This document shows positions 20,241-29,269 of a DNA stretch of 32,000 nt, one piece after another. The DNA comes from Archaeoglobus fulgidus DSM 4304 (GTDB lineage: Archaea > Halobacteriota > Archaeoglobi > Archaeoglobales > Archaeoglobaceae), in contig NC_000917.1 in assembly GCF_000008665.1 (NCBI RefSeq), positions 1,140,001 to 1,172,000 on the forward strand, given 5' to 3'. The stretch's first letter is position 1. The number at the start of each line of letters is the position of its first letter. Below the pieces are notes generated by a model. It saw nothing but the letters and a program-made list of their open reading frames with translations. It did no database searches and had not been told where the DNA came from. The position numbers were made by a program, and so were the translations under genes.

Positions 20241-20558
20241 ATGAGCAGGTTGCGGACACTTGGTAGAGTAAAGCATATGTCAAAAACTGGAATGCTTGTG
20301 GTGACTCTAAATCCTGCGTACATCCCCAAAATAGGGGATAAGGTTGTTACAAGGAGGATGGAGCACATTGGATTTGTTGCTGACGTTATCGGGCCAGTAT
20401 CTTCCCCCTACGCTTTAGTTAAGCCGAAAAATCTGGATAAGATAATATTTGAAGAATTATATGTGGTGAAGGAGTATGGCGGAGGTAGAAAAGGTAAGGG
20501 AAAAGGAAGTAGAGAAGGAAGTAGAAAGAAAGGAAATAGAAAGGGAAGAGGACGTTGA
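20241..20558 (+). CDS. gar1: H/ACA RNP protein Gar1
   Basis: [57 protein letters not shown] plus basic Gly/Arg/Lys tail. ATG 20241 fits with TATA-like TTTAAATA about 26-33 nt upstream; the track's 20193 start is probably too long. Confidence 0.85.
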   Translation: MSRLRTLGRVKHMSKTGMLVVTLNPAYIPKIGDKVVTRRMEHIGFVADVIGPVSSPYALVKPKNLDKIIFEELYVVKEYGGGRKGKGKGSREGSRKKGNRKGRGR

Positions 20559-21456
20559 AGTCTGTCCTGAGTGTGGAAGTCCCCGCCTCATTCGCGATTA
20601 CCGCAGAGGAGAGTTCATCTGTCAGGATTGCGGTCTGGTAATCGAGGACACGTACATCGACGCAGGGCCTGAGTGGAGGGCTTTTGACAGTGAGCAGAGA
20701 GACAAGAGGAGCAGAGTTGGTGCGCCTGTAACCTACACAATCCACGATAAGGGCCTGTCAACAATAATCGACTGGAGCAACAAGGACTACTACGGCAAGG
20801 CAATTTCCGTGAGAAACAGGGCTCAGCTTTTCAGACTGAGGAAATGGCAGAGAAGAATCAGAATCAGCAACGCTACGGAGAGAAACCTCGCCTTTGCCCT
20901 CAGCGAGCTTGACAGGATGGCCTCAGCCCTTGGCCTGCCGAAGAGCGTTAGGGAGACTGCTGCTGTAATCTACAGGAAGGCCGTAGAGAAGAACCTCATA
21001 AGGGGCAGGAGCATTGAGGGTGTGGTTGCCGCTGCTCTCTACGCAGCCTGCAGGCAGGCTGGAGTACCGAGAACGCTGGACGAAATAGCCACATACTCAA
21101 GAGTGGACAGAAAGGAGATTGGCAGAACCTACAGGTTTATCACGAGGGAGCTTGGGCTGAAGCTGATGCCCACAAGCCCTGCAGACTACATTCCGCGCTT
21201 CTGCGCTGCCCTTGGACTGAGCGGAGAGGTTCAGAAGAAGGCCATTGAAATCATCAAGAAGGCGGAGGAGAGGGAGCTTACAAGCGGAAGGGGTCCGACA
21301 GGAGTTGCAGCGGCTGCACTTTACGTTGCATCAATACTGCTTGGAGAAAGAAGAACGCAGAGGGAAGTTGCCGAGGTAGCGGGAGTTACGGAGGTAACGA
21401 TAAGAAACCGCTACAAGGAGCTTGCCGAGAAGCTGGGTATAGAAATAATCCTCTAA
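20476..21456 (+). CDS. tfb: Transcription initiation factor B (TFB/TFIIB)
   Basis: [55 protein letters not shown] zinc ribbon/B-finger and two cyclin repeats. Confidence 0.97.
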   Translation: MAEVEKVREKEVEKEVERKEIEREEDVEVCPECGSPRLIRDYRRGEFICQDCGLVIEDTYIDAGPEWRAFDSEQRDKRSRVGAPVTYTIHDKGLSTIIDWSNKDYYGKAISVRNRAQLFRLRKWQRRIRISNATERNLAFALSELDRMASALGLPKSVRETAAVIYRKAVEKNLIRGRSIEGVVAAALYAACRQAGVPRTLDEIATYSRVDRKEIGRTYRFITRELGLKLMPTSPADYIPRFCAALGLSGEVQKKAIEIIKKAEERELTSGRGPTGVAAAALYVASILLGERRTQREVAEVAGVTEVTIRNRYKELAEKLGIEIIL

Positions 21457-21538
21457 CTTTCTCTCTTTTTTAGCGAACCTCAAGCTTTCTTTTGGCATTC
21501 CGCACCGAAGTCATAAAAAGCCTGAAGTCCAATCTGCC

Positions 21539-22453
21539 TTGGTGAGGGCAGTAGAGTGCAGAGACGTCTGGATGGTTTACAGGACTTTCATGGAGAGGGG
21601 TATTGTGGCATTGAGGGGAATCGACCTCGACATTGAGGACGGAGTTATTTTCGGATTGCTCGGTCCCAACGGGGCAGGAAAAACGACCCTGATTTCCATT
21701 CTGTCCACGATCCTGATTCCGACAAAGGGCGAGGTGAGGATTCTCGGAATGGACGCCTTCAAGAACACCAGGAAGGTGAGGGAGAGAATTAACATCTCAA
21801 GCGGAGTCAGAATGCCGTGGGGGATGAAAGTCTACGAGTGCCTCCGCTTCTACGCAATGTGCTACGGAATTACCGATAGAAGAGTAGTCGATAGGGTAAT
21901 CTCGGAATTCGAGCTTGAGGAGCACAGAAACAAGAGGTTCGATGACCTCTCAACCGGAAACAAGCAGAAGGCCAATCTGGCAAGAGCCTTTCTGAACGAT
22001 CCTGAGGTTGTTTTTCTCGACGAGCCAACGGCAAATCTGGATCCAGATATGGCAAAAAAGATACGCCAGATGATTTTGAGGATAAAGGAGGAGAAGGACG
22101 TAACCATTGTTTTAACCACCCACAACATGAGGGAGGCCGAGATGCTTTGCGACAGAATAGCCTTCATCAAGGAAGGAAAAATTGTTGCCGAAGGAACTTC
22201 TGAAGAGCTTAAGAAATACACGAAAATGAGCGAAAGGGTGATTTTAAAGCTGAAAGGTAATGCCAAAAAACTGCACATCCCTTATCCTTACAGGATGGAT
22301 GGAAACACGCTTATTGCCTTCGTTGAAGATGCGGAAAAAGCACTTCCCTCAATCGTGGTAAGGCTGGCGGAGCAGGGTGTGTTTGTCGAATCGGCAAAGA
22401 TGGAGGAGATAACTCTTGAAGACGTCTTTATCGAGCTTGCAGAGGGGTCTTAG
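21539..22453 (+). CDS. ABC transporter ATP-binding protein (drug-export/DrrA-like)
   Basis: GLLGPNGAGKTTLISILSTIL, FDDLSTGNKQKANLARAFLNDPEVVFLDEPTANLD. Confidence 0.93.
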   Translation: MVRAVECRDVWMVYRTFMERGIVALRGIDLDIEDGVIFGLLGPNGAGKTTLISILSTILIPTKGEVRILGMDAFKNTRKVRERINISSGVRMPWGMKVYECLRFYAMCYGITDRRVVDRVISEFELEEHRNKRFDDLSTGNKQKANLARAFLNDPEVVFLDEPTANLDPDMAKKIRQMILRIKEEKDVTIVLTTHNMREAEMLCDRIAFIKEGKIVAEGTSEELKKYTKMSERVILKLKGNAKKLHIPYPYRMDGNTLIAFVEDAEKALPSIVVRLAEQGVFVESAKMEEITLEDVFIELAEGS

Positions 22454-23221
22454 CGAAATTTTTGCCTTTGCCTACAGGAACTACGCTCTGACGAAAAACG
22501 AATTTTACGCGATATTCGAGATGCTCTTCTGGCCGCTGGTAAGCCTGATCTCGGTCGGGCTGTTAGGGGAGTTCCTCTACCTGGATAGGGAGGCGGTAGC
22601 TTCATACTGATCGGTGTCATTACGCTAAGCGTTGTCCAGATAGCCCAAATCGACGTGACATACGTGATGCTCCTCGACATGTGGAGCATGAGCCTGAAGT
22701 ACACCATAGTCACTCCTGCACCCTTCTACCGGATGGTGACTGGAGCGTGGCTTTTCGGCTCGCTGAGAGGTGTTATTTCTCTCGCACTTCTTATTCTGCT
22801 GAGCGCATGGCTCTTCGGTTTCACGCTCACCCTCCCTGCAACGGCAATGGCAGCGTTTGTTCTGGGAATACTGCTCAGCGCAATGCTCATCGGAATTTTC
22901 AACTGCATACTGATTTTGGTTTTTGGCAGGAGGGCTGAGATATTCGCCTGGACCCTCAGCGCTATAGTGATGATTTTCTGCGGCATTTACTATCCAGTAA
23001 CAATTCTGCCGGAACCTTTCAGGGCTATAGGCCTTATGATTCCAATAACGCACTATCTCGAGTTTTTCAGGTCCTTCTACGGATTTCAGAGCATTTTTCC
23101 AGACCCTCTGCTCATTGCCTTTGCCGAAACGCTTGTTTACCTCGCCTTACTGCTTGTTGTTGCGGAAATCAGCATGCTGAGGGCGAGGAGGACAGGGCTT
23201 GTGCTGAAGCTCTCGGATTAG
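22416..23221 (+). pseudogene. ABC-2 type permease, split by a frameshift
   Basis: ORF 22416..22610 (FAFAYRNYALTKNEFYAIFEMLFWPLVSLISVGLLGEFLYLDREAVA) continues in another frame as SFILIGVITLSVVQIAQIDVTYVMLLDMWSMSLKYTIVTPAPF... to 23221. Confidence 0.8.
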
Positions 23222-23272
23222 TCTCTCGGAAAGATTATATACTTGAAAGGCAAAATACCATCAGATTCGGAT

Positions 23273-23422
23273 ATGAAGCGGGCGAAAAAGTTTAAGGACT
23301 ACTTCGAGGACATAAAGCCTGTTACGGATGAGGAGCTTGAGGAGCTTTTGAACGAGCCTCCGAGAAGGAGGAACAGAGGAAACTTCAAAAAGGCTAAAAA
23401 GGAATTTTACAGGGACTTCTAA
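23273..23422 (+). CDS. Small charged hypothetical protein (49 aa)
   Basis: MKRAKKFKDYFEDIKPVTDEELEELLNEPPRRRNRGNFKKAKKEFYRDF*; TATA-like ATTATATAC about 30 nt upstream. Below the track's length cutoff. Confidence 0.55.
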   Translation: MKRAKKFKDYFEDIKPVTDEELEELLNEPPRRRNRGNFKKAKKEFYRDF

Positions 23423-24090
23423 AGAAGCCCTACGAGCTCCTCAAGTGCCCTCTTCTGGTCTTCGGCCTTAACAACCCCACTCGCGAGTAGCACACCCTCT
23501 GCTCCGAGCTCCAATGCTTTTACGTAGTCCTCATGGGTGGTTATGCCCGCCCCACAAAGAACTCTAACGCTCTTGTTGACTTCCTTTGCAGCCTTAACTG
23601 AGTTCTCCACAACCTCGGGTTCGGCCTTGCTTACCGGAATTCCGCTACCTATCAGCTCAGGTGGCTCCACCGCGACAAAGTCCGGATTCAACGCTGCCGC
23701 CGCGGCTGTTGTTGGGACGTTGTTCGTGCAGACAACCGAAGTGAGACCAAGCTCCCTCAGCCTGCTCACGTTGAACTCAATATCGGCGAGCTTCAGCCTT
23801 CTCTCAGAATGATTGACCAAGCTTCCCTTTGCCCCGTATTCCGCGATCATATCGGCGTTTATTCTGCCTGTGTGGCTCCCGAAGCCAACGGCATCAACAT
23901 GCTGCGCGTAAACGTCGATGCTGACCTCCCTTGCGATTACGGGGAGGTCGAGGAAGGAGACGGCTATGCCAACATACTCATCGCATCTCGACGCCACGTT
24001 TTCGGCAATCTTCGCCAGCTCAAGCGCCCTTTTTCCAAATCCCTCCTTATACGCCTTGAAGTTTATTATCACAACCCCCATTTTTCTCAC
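23419..24090 (-). CDS. tpiA: Triosephosphate isomerase
   Basis: VVIINFKAYKE, YAQHVDAVGFGSHTG, GSLVNHSERR, VRVLCGAGITTHEDY, GVLLASGVVKA. Confidence 0.95.
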   Translation of the reverse strand: MRKMGVVIINFKAYKEGFGKRALELAKIAENVASRCDEYVGIAVSFLDLPVIAREVSIDVYAQHVDAVGFGSHTGRINADMIAEYGAKGSLVNHSERRLKLADIEFNVSRLRELGLTSVVCTNNVPTTAAAAALNPDFVAVEPPELIGSGIPVSKAEPEVVENSVKAAKEVNKSVRVLCGAGITTHEDYVKALELGAEGVLLASGVVKAEDQKRALEELVGLL

Positions 24091-24091
24091 C

Positions 24092-25276
24092 TCAAAAGTC
24101 CGTCATAATGCGGAACTGGTCTGTGTCGGGCTTCATGTGGCTCATGAATTTCCTTACAGCTCCCTCAACGTCTCTGGCCTTCGTTACAGCTCTGCCGACA
24201 ACTATGATGTCCGCTCCAGCGGCAATTACCTCCTCAACGTTTTCTGGCCTTATCCCACCTGCAACGGCGACGAGGACGCTGAACTTCTCCTTTATCTTTC
24301 CGGCAAGCATCCACGGAGGCTCTTTGTCCTCGCTGTCTATCGCTCTGTGAAGCTCAACGACGTTTGGTAAAACTCCAGCCTTCTGAATCTCTTCAAGCCT
24401 TTTAATCGGATCATCGACGTTCATCATGTCCACGTAGCTCAAAATTCCTGTTTTCTCCGCTTCCCTTATCCCCTTAACGATTGTGCTTGTGGGCGCGAGT
24501 CCCGAAATCACAACCGCGTTTGCGGTAGCGTCTGCAGCCATTCTCGCTTCGAGATTGCCAACATCGAGCGTCTTCAGGTCGAGGATGTAAAACGCATCGG
24601 GCTTCACCTCTCTGAGCTTCAGGATTACCTCACAGCCGTATCTCTTTGCCAAAGGCGTTCCAACCTCGAAAACGATGTGGTCGCTGTCAGGAATCTGCTC
24701 AAGAACCTTCAGCACCTCACCCAGATCTGGAATGTCGATGGCAATCTGCAGATATGGCGGGTCCCAGAGCTTCGTGAGCTTTCTTCCAACAAACGGGTGG
24801 AAACTGCGGTCCTTCTCGTAAAGCACGGTATCAACATCCGGGAAGTTCTGCATCGCCCTCTTTATTGCGAGCTTTGTGGCGCCATAGTTGTAGTAGTAAA
24901 TCTTGTGCTTGTTTTTGGCGTTTGGGTGGATGAAAACGCTTGCAACAACAACGTACTCGTCCGCCCTCTCCCTTGGGATTATTCCCTCCTCAACCGCATC
25001 CGCAACAGCCTTCGCCACTGCAGCTTGAGCCGGACCGAAAATAAGCTCAGCCTGATGCATGTCCTTGACCGTTACCTTTGGGACTATCACAGCAGGCGGC
25101 TTGGTTATCAGGTTTGGTCTGAGAACCGCGAGAAGCGGTGTGTGGCCTGCAGAAAGGTTGGCAAGAGCGTTGGCGAAGGCAATTCCGGCGGGGCTGTCCT
25201 TCGTGCCAATTATCAAATCAACGTGAGCCACTTCAAAACCCTCTCCGATAAGAGCCTCACCTATTCTGAACTCCAT
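24092..25276 (-). CDS. fae-hps: Bifunctional formaldehyde-activating enzyme / 3-hexulose-6-phosphate synthase (Fae-Hps fusion)
   Basis: N-terminal FRIGEALIGEGFEVAHVDLIIGTKDSPAG (Fae) fused to IAIDIPDLGEVLKVLEQIP...LDLKTLDVGNLEARMAADATANAVVISG (Hps). Confidence 0.95.
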   Translation of the reverse strand: MEFRIGEALIGEGFEVAHVDLIIGTKDSPAGIAFANALANLSAGHTPLLAVLRPNLITKPPAVIVPKVTVKDMHQAELIFGPAQAAVAKAVADAVEEGIIPRERADEYVVVASVFIHPNAKNKHKIYYYNYGATKLAIKRAMQNFPDVDTVLYEKDRSFHPFVGRKLTKLWDPPYLQIAIDIPDLGEVLKVLEQIPDSDHIVFEVGTPLAKRYGCEVILKLREVKPDAFYILDLKTLDVGNLEARMAADATANAVVISGLAPTSTIVKGIREAEKTGILSYVDMMNVDDPIKRLEEIQKAGVLPNVVELHRAIDSEDKEPPWMLAGKIKEKFSVLVAVAGGIRPENVEEVIAAGADIIVVGRAVTKARDVEGAVRKFMSHMKPDTDQFRIMTDF

Positions 25277-25348
25277 GGCCTTACGTCTCCGGATATGTAA
25301 TAAATTTTTTGGAGTTCGCCGAATTGATTTGCCAAACTCAATTTTCCT

Positions 25349-26176
25349 TTAAATTCCGAGCCTTCCCAAGAACTTGCTGCCCAGTGAGAGCCTGTAGTCA
25401 CTTCTCACAAGCCTCTCTATCCCCGGATTGCTCAAAACCTCTATGTCCTCCTCTCTCACACCAAACCTCTCCATCGCATTTCTTATGTGCTCCACCTCAT
25501 TCAAGTTGAAGCCCATGAGCCTTGCTGCGATCAAGTCAACAGCAACTACGTTGTCGCCCGCAACAAGAACTCCGTGTTTGACGGGCTTTGGCCTCATTTC
25601 CGAGTTCGTCCCGCCAATAATGCCATCGACGATGGTTAAAGATGGCTGCATGAATCCAAGCAAGTCAACGAGCTTTCTGTGGATTTTCGGATGCATGTAA
25701 ACAGCGGGTTTCTTCAGAAATCCCATGTTGTTCTTTATCCCAAGCGTGACCTTGGTGAGATGATGAACCTTCATCTTCGGAATTGAAATGTATCCTTCCT
25801 TCTTCGCATCCAGCGCCGTTTCGGCAACCTTGACCCTCTCAAGAACCTCTCCGCCAATATCTACCTCAACAAACTCCTCCCGGTTTAGATTTCTGCACTC
25901 AACCAAATCTTTCAGCCCAAAATCCACGAAGCACTTTGAGGCGGAGTTTTTGTAAAATCCCCCCTCTATCACGACCGGCTCAACTCCATGCTCTCTCGCA
26001 ACCCCCACCACAGCTTTCACAAGCTCAGGATGCGTGATACAGCCATTCTCTGGACTGTCATGCTTGAGAAAATTTGGCTTGATGTACCTGAATTTTGGAT
26101 TGAAGACCTCAAAAACCCTCTCAACAAACTTGCGGGCATCTTTGTAGCTCTCAACCCTCTCAACAATAACTCTCAT
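25349..26176 (-). CDS. DUF362 family protein
   Basis: IKPNFLKHDSPENGCITHPELVKAVV, ISIPKMKVHHLTKVTLGIKNNMG, VVAVDLIAARLMG. Confidence 0.85.
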   Translation of the reverse strand: MRVIVERVESYKDARKFVERVFEVFNPKFRYIKPNFLKHDSPENGCITHPELVKAVVGVAREHGVEPVVIEGGFYKNSASKCFVDFGLKDLVECRNLNREEFVEVDIGGEVLERVKVAETALDAKKEGYISIPKMKVHHLTKVTLGIKNNMGFLKKPAVYMHPKIHRKLVDLLGFMQPSLTIVDGIIGGTNSEMRPKPVKHGVLVAGDNVVAVDLIAARLMGFNLNEVEHIRNAMERFGVREEDIEVLSNPGIERLVRSDYRLSLGSKFLGRLGI

Positions 26177-26253
26177 GCAGCCCTTACAACCGCCATTTTA
26201 AAATTTTTTTTCGTTAAGCAAAACAGATATTAGCGTAAATCAAAAAGTCCTTC

Positions 26254-27048
26254 GTGGAGCTGGGAATAATTTACAGCGGCGAATTCGGGAAGAGATTTGT
26301 AAGCAATCTCGCCTACCCTTACCTCTGCCCGACTTTTGGGGCCTGCGGGATAAACGGATGCGACTACTGCAAGAGATACGATTTCTCATCCAGCATCGTT
26401 TACGCCAAGGAGCTTGCAGAGCCTCAGGAAATAGGCCTCTACGTGGAGGAGCCGGAAAGCTACCTGGAGCCGTTCGAGTGCGATATTGCGGTTGCGATAA
26501 ACGTGCATCCGGACATTCTGGTATCATTGCCTGAAATTGGTGAGTTTAAAGCCTTAATCGTCCCCGCTTGCAACCAGAACTGGTGCCTTCCCGGATTGAG
26601 GAAGCAGCTTGCTGAGAAATGCGGCGAGCTCGGCATCGAGTTTGCCTCTCCCAAGCCCTTCTGCTCCCTTACCGGCAACTCAGGCTGGATTTCCAGATTC
26701 ATTGATGAATTTAAAATTGGCAGACCAGAGTTCAGAGTTGAGAGGGGCGGGGATGCCATTAAGAAGGTAGAGGTCATAAAAAGCGACCCGTGCGGTTCCG
26801 CATACTTTGTTGCAAAGAGGATGACGGGTTACATAATAGAGAGCAAAGAGGATTTCTGGAAGGAGATACACCAGCACCAGTGCGCCTATCCGTGCATGGC
26901 GAGCATGGACAGAGATGTTGAGCTCAAGGAGGCCCCTTTCCACCTCGCGGGCTACATAATGGTCTACCAGTTCAGCACCGCCGCCGGAGTTGAGGCTGAG
27001 GAGTTCGTTCCAGAGCACTTCAGGGAAATCGTCTGTCGAGCTCGCTGA
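26254..27048 (+). CDS. DUF166-family protein
   Basis: MELGIIYSGEFGKRFVSNLAYPYLCPTFGACGINGCDYCK; family assignment from memory of motif layout. Confidence 0.7.
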   Translation: MELGIIYSGEFGKRFVSNLAYPYLCPTFGACGINGCDYCKRYDFSSSIVYAKELAEPQEIGLYVEEPESYLEPFECDIAVAINVHPDILVSLPEIGEFKALIVPACNQNWCLPGLRKQLAEKCGELGIEFASPKPFCSLTGNSGWISRFIDEFKIGRPEFRVERGGDAIKKVEVIKSDPCGSAYFVAKRMTGYIIESKEDFWKEIHQHQCAYPCMASMDRDVELKEAPFHLAGYIMVYQFSTAAGVEAEEFVPEHFREIVCRAR

Positions 27049-27586
27049 GAATTCTTTCAATCTCCCTTCTCGTCTCCTCTATCGGTCTGTTTGTGTTGAT
27101 GAACTTCCAGCCTTTCAGTATTCTGAACGCCCTCTCCCTGACCCTCCTGAAGTCCTCGATGTTCTCGAACATCTCGCTCTCGCTTCTTCTTGCCACCCTC
27201 TCCATGCAGACTTCCGGCTCAGCTTCGAGGTAGAACATGTAGGGAGAGGTCGGAAGAACGGAGCGGAAAAACCTGTAAAGCACCCTTGCGTACCTTTCCG
27301 GCAAGTAAAGCACTCCTCCGAGATACCTGACGAAAATCACGGTTTCAGCCCTTCCGTAGTATCTGAGCAGGGAGTAAATCACGTCGAAGAAGTAGAAAAT
27401 CGCCGCCATGAGGTGGAAGAATTTTCCCCTTCTGAGGAGGCTGGCCTTCGCAACTCTGCCGAACAGAGAGTCGGACGGATGCGTTCTCACAATAACGCTC
27501 CCCCTTTCGGCGTACCTGCGCCTAACGAACTCCGCGTGTGTGTCTTTCCCGGCACCATCCATCCCGTCGATAACTATGAACCTCAT
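27020..27586 (-). CDS. Thymidylate kinase-like P-loop kinase
   Basis: MRFIVIDGMDGAGKDTHAEFVRRRY; the track start at 27751 is a spurious N-terminal extension, and ATG 27586 is the natural start. Confidence 0.85.
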   Translation of the reverse strand: MRFIVIDGMDGAGKDTHAEFVRRRYAERGSVIVRTHPSDSLFGRVAKASLLRRGKFFHLMAAIFYFFDVIYSLLRYYGRAETVIFVRYLGGVLYLPERYARVLYRFFRSVLPTSPYMFYLEAEPEVCMERVARRSESEMFENIEDFRRVRERAFRILKGWKFINTNRPIEETRREIERILSELDRRFP

Positions 27587-28218
27587 GCCATCCAGAAGTA
27601 TAGTATTGCGGTTAAAATTGAAACGCTCAGGTTGTCCAGCCCCTTGGGAGTTACAGCCTCCACAACCGTTGCGAAAGCTGCCAGAGGAAGCAGCAGTGGA
27701 CCTGCAGAGCCGTGATAGTAGAGTGAAACCACCGAGAAGGAGGCAACGCATCCCAGAAACATAGCAACGCTGCCCTCCAGGCTTTTCTCGTCTCCCAAAA
27801 TCCTGAACTTTCTCTTACCATACCTACCCCCAATCAGAGATGCGAGACCGTCGCCATACGACATTGCCATTATCCCAACAGCTATGACATCAGGACGGTC
27901 AAAGAAAGCGTAGGCGAGAACGGTCCATGCAATCGAGTAGTAAACCAGCCCCAATCCGTGGCCTGCGACGCTCGTCCTGCTCGACAGCTTTACGGGTGAG
28001 TGGGGGCTCATCAAGAAGGTGAGAACGACGAAGGGAAAGGCAGCGAGAAAGGCCATGACGAACCTCGACTCAAAGAAGGGGAGGATGAAGGCTATGTTGC
28101 CAACCATTATGTGGAGAAATTTTCTGCTCACCACTTCATTTTTCAACGTCTTTTCCGATATAAGCAGAAGGGCTGCCACGTAGCCGTAAACCGAAATCAG
28201 TGGAAGCAAATCGGACAT
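27583..28218 (-). CDS. Dolichol/phytol kinase-like integral membrane protein
   Basis: VSRKFLHIMVGN...MAMSYGDGLASLIGGRYGKRKF...KSLEGSVAMFLG; ATG 28218 is preferred over TTG 28224. Confidence 0.82.
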   Translation of the reverse strand: MSDLLPLISVYGYVAALLLISEKTLKNEVVSRKFLHIMVGNIAFILPFFESRFVMAFLAAFPFVVLTFLMSPHSPVKLSSRTSVAGHGLGLVYYSIAWTVLAYAFFDRPDVIAVGIMAMSYGDGLASLIGGRYGKRKFRILGDEKSLEGSVAMFLGCVASFSVVSLYYHGSAGPLLLPLAAFATVVEAVTPKGLDNLSVSILTAILYFWMA

Positions 28219-28244
28219 CTGCAACCGATTATATTAAGTATTTA

Positions 28245-28260
28245 AAAACTTTCTGAAAAC
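28245..28260. repeat. Left copy of 16-bp direct repeat (target site duplication)
   Basis: AAAACTTTCTGAAAAC immediately before the IS left end. Confidence 0.9.
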
Positions 28261-29223
28261 TGTAGTATCCCTAAATTATTTCACTACTAAACACCCACTT
28301 CATGTGAGAAAACTAACGAACAAAAAGATCAGGTGGATAATCAGACAGCTTGACAAGGGAGCTCCAGTAAAGGAAATAGCCGCTGTGATGAGAGTTACAC
28401 CAAGAAGAATCTACCAGCTTAAAAAACAATATGAGGAAACTGGCCAGATTCCAGAACTAAAACAAGCAGGAAGAAAGCCCAAACCAATTGACGAGAAAAC
28501 AGAGCAAATCATCCTGCAAGCTTACAACAAATACAGACTCAGCCCAGTACCTCTTGAAAAGCTGATAGAAAGGGATTACGGCATCCACATCTCCCATAAT
28601 ACAATCTACAAAGTTTTACTCAAACACGGTTTGGTGGAGGAGAACATGAGCAAGAAGAAACGAAGGAAATGGGTTAGGTACGAAAGAACCCACTCAATGT
28701 CTTTATGGCAGGGAGACTGGAAGAGGCTTGGAGAGAAATGGATTATAGCCTTCATGGATGATGCTTCCCGCTTTATTACTTGTTACGGAGTCTTCGATTC
28801 AGCTACGACTGAGAACACGATTAGAGTCCTGAAAGTGGGATTCAGGGAGTATGGCATTCCGGATGAGATCCTCACAGATCACGGAACTCAGTTTGTTGCA
28901 GCTAAAAGCAGAGAGAAGGCCAAGCATAGATTCAGGGAGTTTTTGGCCGAGAATGGAGTAAGGCATGTTCTTGCCAGAATAAACCATCCACAAACGAATG
29001 GAAAGATAGAGAGGTTCTTTGGTTTGATGGAGCAGAAGATCCATCTGTTTGATTCTTTGGATGAGTTCATTTATTGGTACAATTACGTTAAGCCTCACAT
29101 GAGCCTGAATTTCGACGAATTGGAGACTCCCTATCAGGCCTTTTTGAGGAAGCTACCTGCTGAAAGGGTGTTTGAGTACGGGAGGTGGTTGTTTGAGGAG
29201 TGAAATTAATTCGGGATATCACA
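28261..29223 (+). mobile_element. Complete 963-bp insertion sequence, consistent with A. fulgidus ISA0963
   Basis: Ends TGTAGTATCCCTAAATTATTTCACTAC and (reverse complement of right end) TGTGATATCCCGAATTAATTTCACTCC, 21/27 matching. Flanked by 16-bp direct repeats; encodes an rve-type transposase. Confidence 0.93.
28304..29203 (+). CDS. Transposase with HTH and rve (DDE) integrase core, IS481-like
   Basis: Helix-turn-helix MRKLTNKKIRWIIRQLDKGAPVKEIAAVMRVTPRRIYQLKKQYEETG; DDE-type core WQGDWKRLGEKWIIAFMDDASRFI, LTDHGTQFV, HPQTNGKIERFFG. Confidence 0.93.
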   Translation: MRKLTNKKIRWIIRQLDKGAPVKEIAAVMRVTPRRIYQLKKQYEETGQIPELKQAGRKPKPIDEKTEQIILQAYNKYRLSPVPLEKLIERDYGIHISHNTIYKVLLKHGLVEENMSKKKRRKWVRYERTHSMSLWQGDWKRLGEKWIIAFMDDASRFITCYGVFDSATTENTIRVLKVGFREYGIPDEILTDHGTQFVAAKSREKAKHRFREFLAENGVRHVLARINHPQTNGKIERFFGLMEQKIHLFDSLDEFIYWYNYVKPHMSLNFDELETPYQAFLRKLPAERVFEYGRWLFEE

Positions 29224-29239
29224 AAAACTTTCTGAAAAC
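29224..29239. repeat. Right copy of 16-bp direct repeat (target site duplication)
   Basis: AAAACTTTCTGAAAAC immediately after the IS right end ...TCACA. Confidence 0.9.
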
Positions 29240-29269
29240 AGTTAATAGCAGACCTTCAGAGTTGAAGCG

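Noticed and set aside
20067-20276. 69-aa minus-strand ORF as a real small gene
   Set aside because: Its body is the out-of-frame decayed transposase segment, and its first ~28 codons run antisense through gar1 upstream/5' sequence.
26990-27715. 241-aa plus-strand ORF
   Set aside because: Antisense to the thymidylate kinase-like gene, which has a P-loop and a natural start at 27586.
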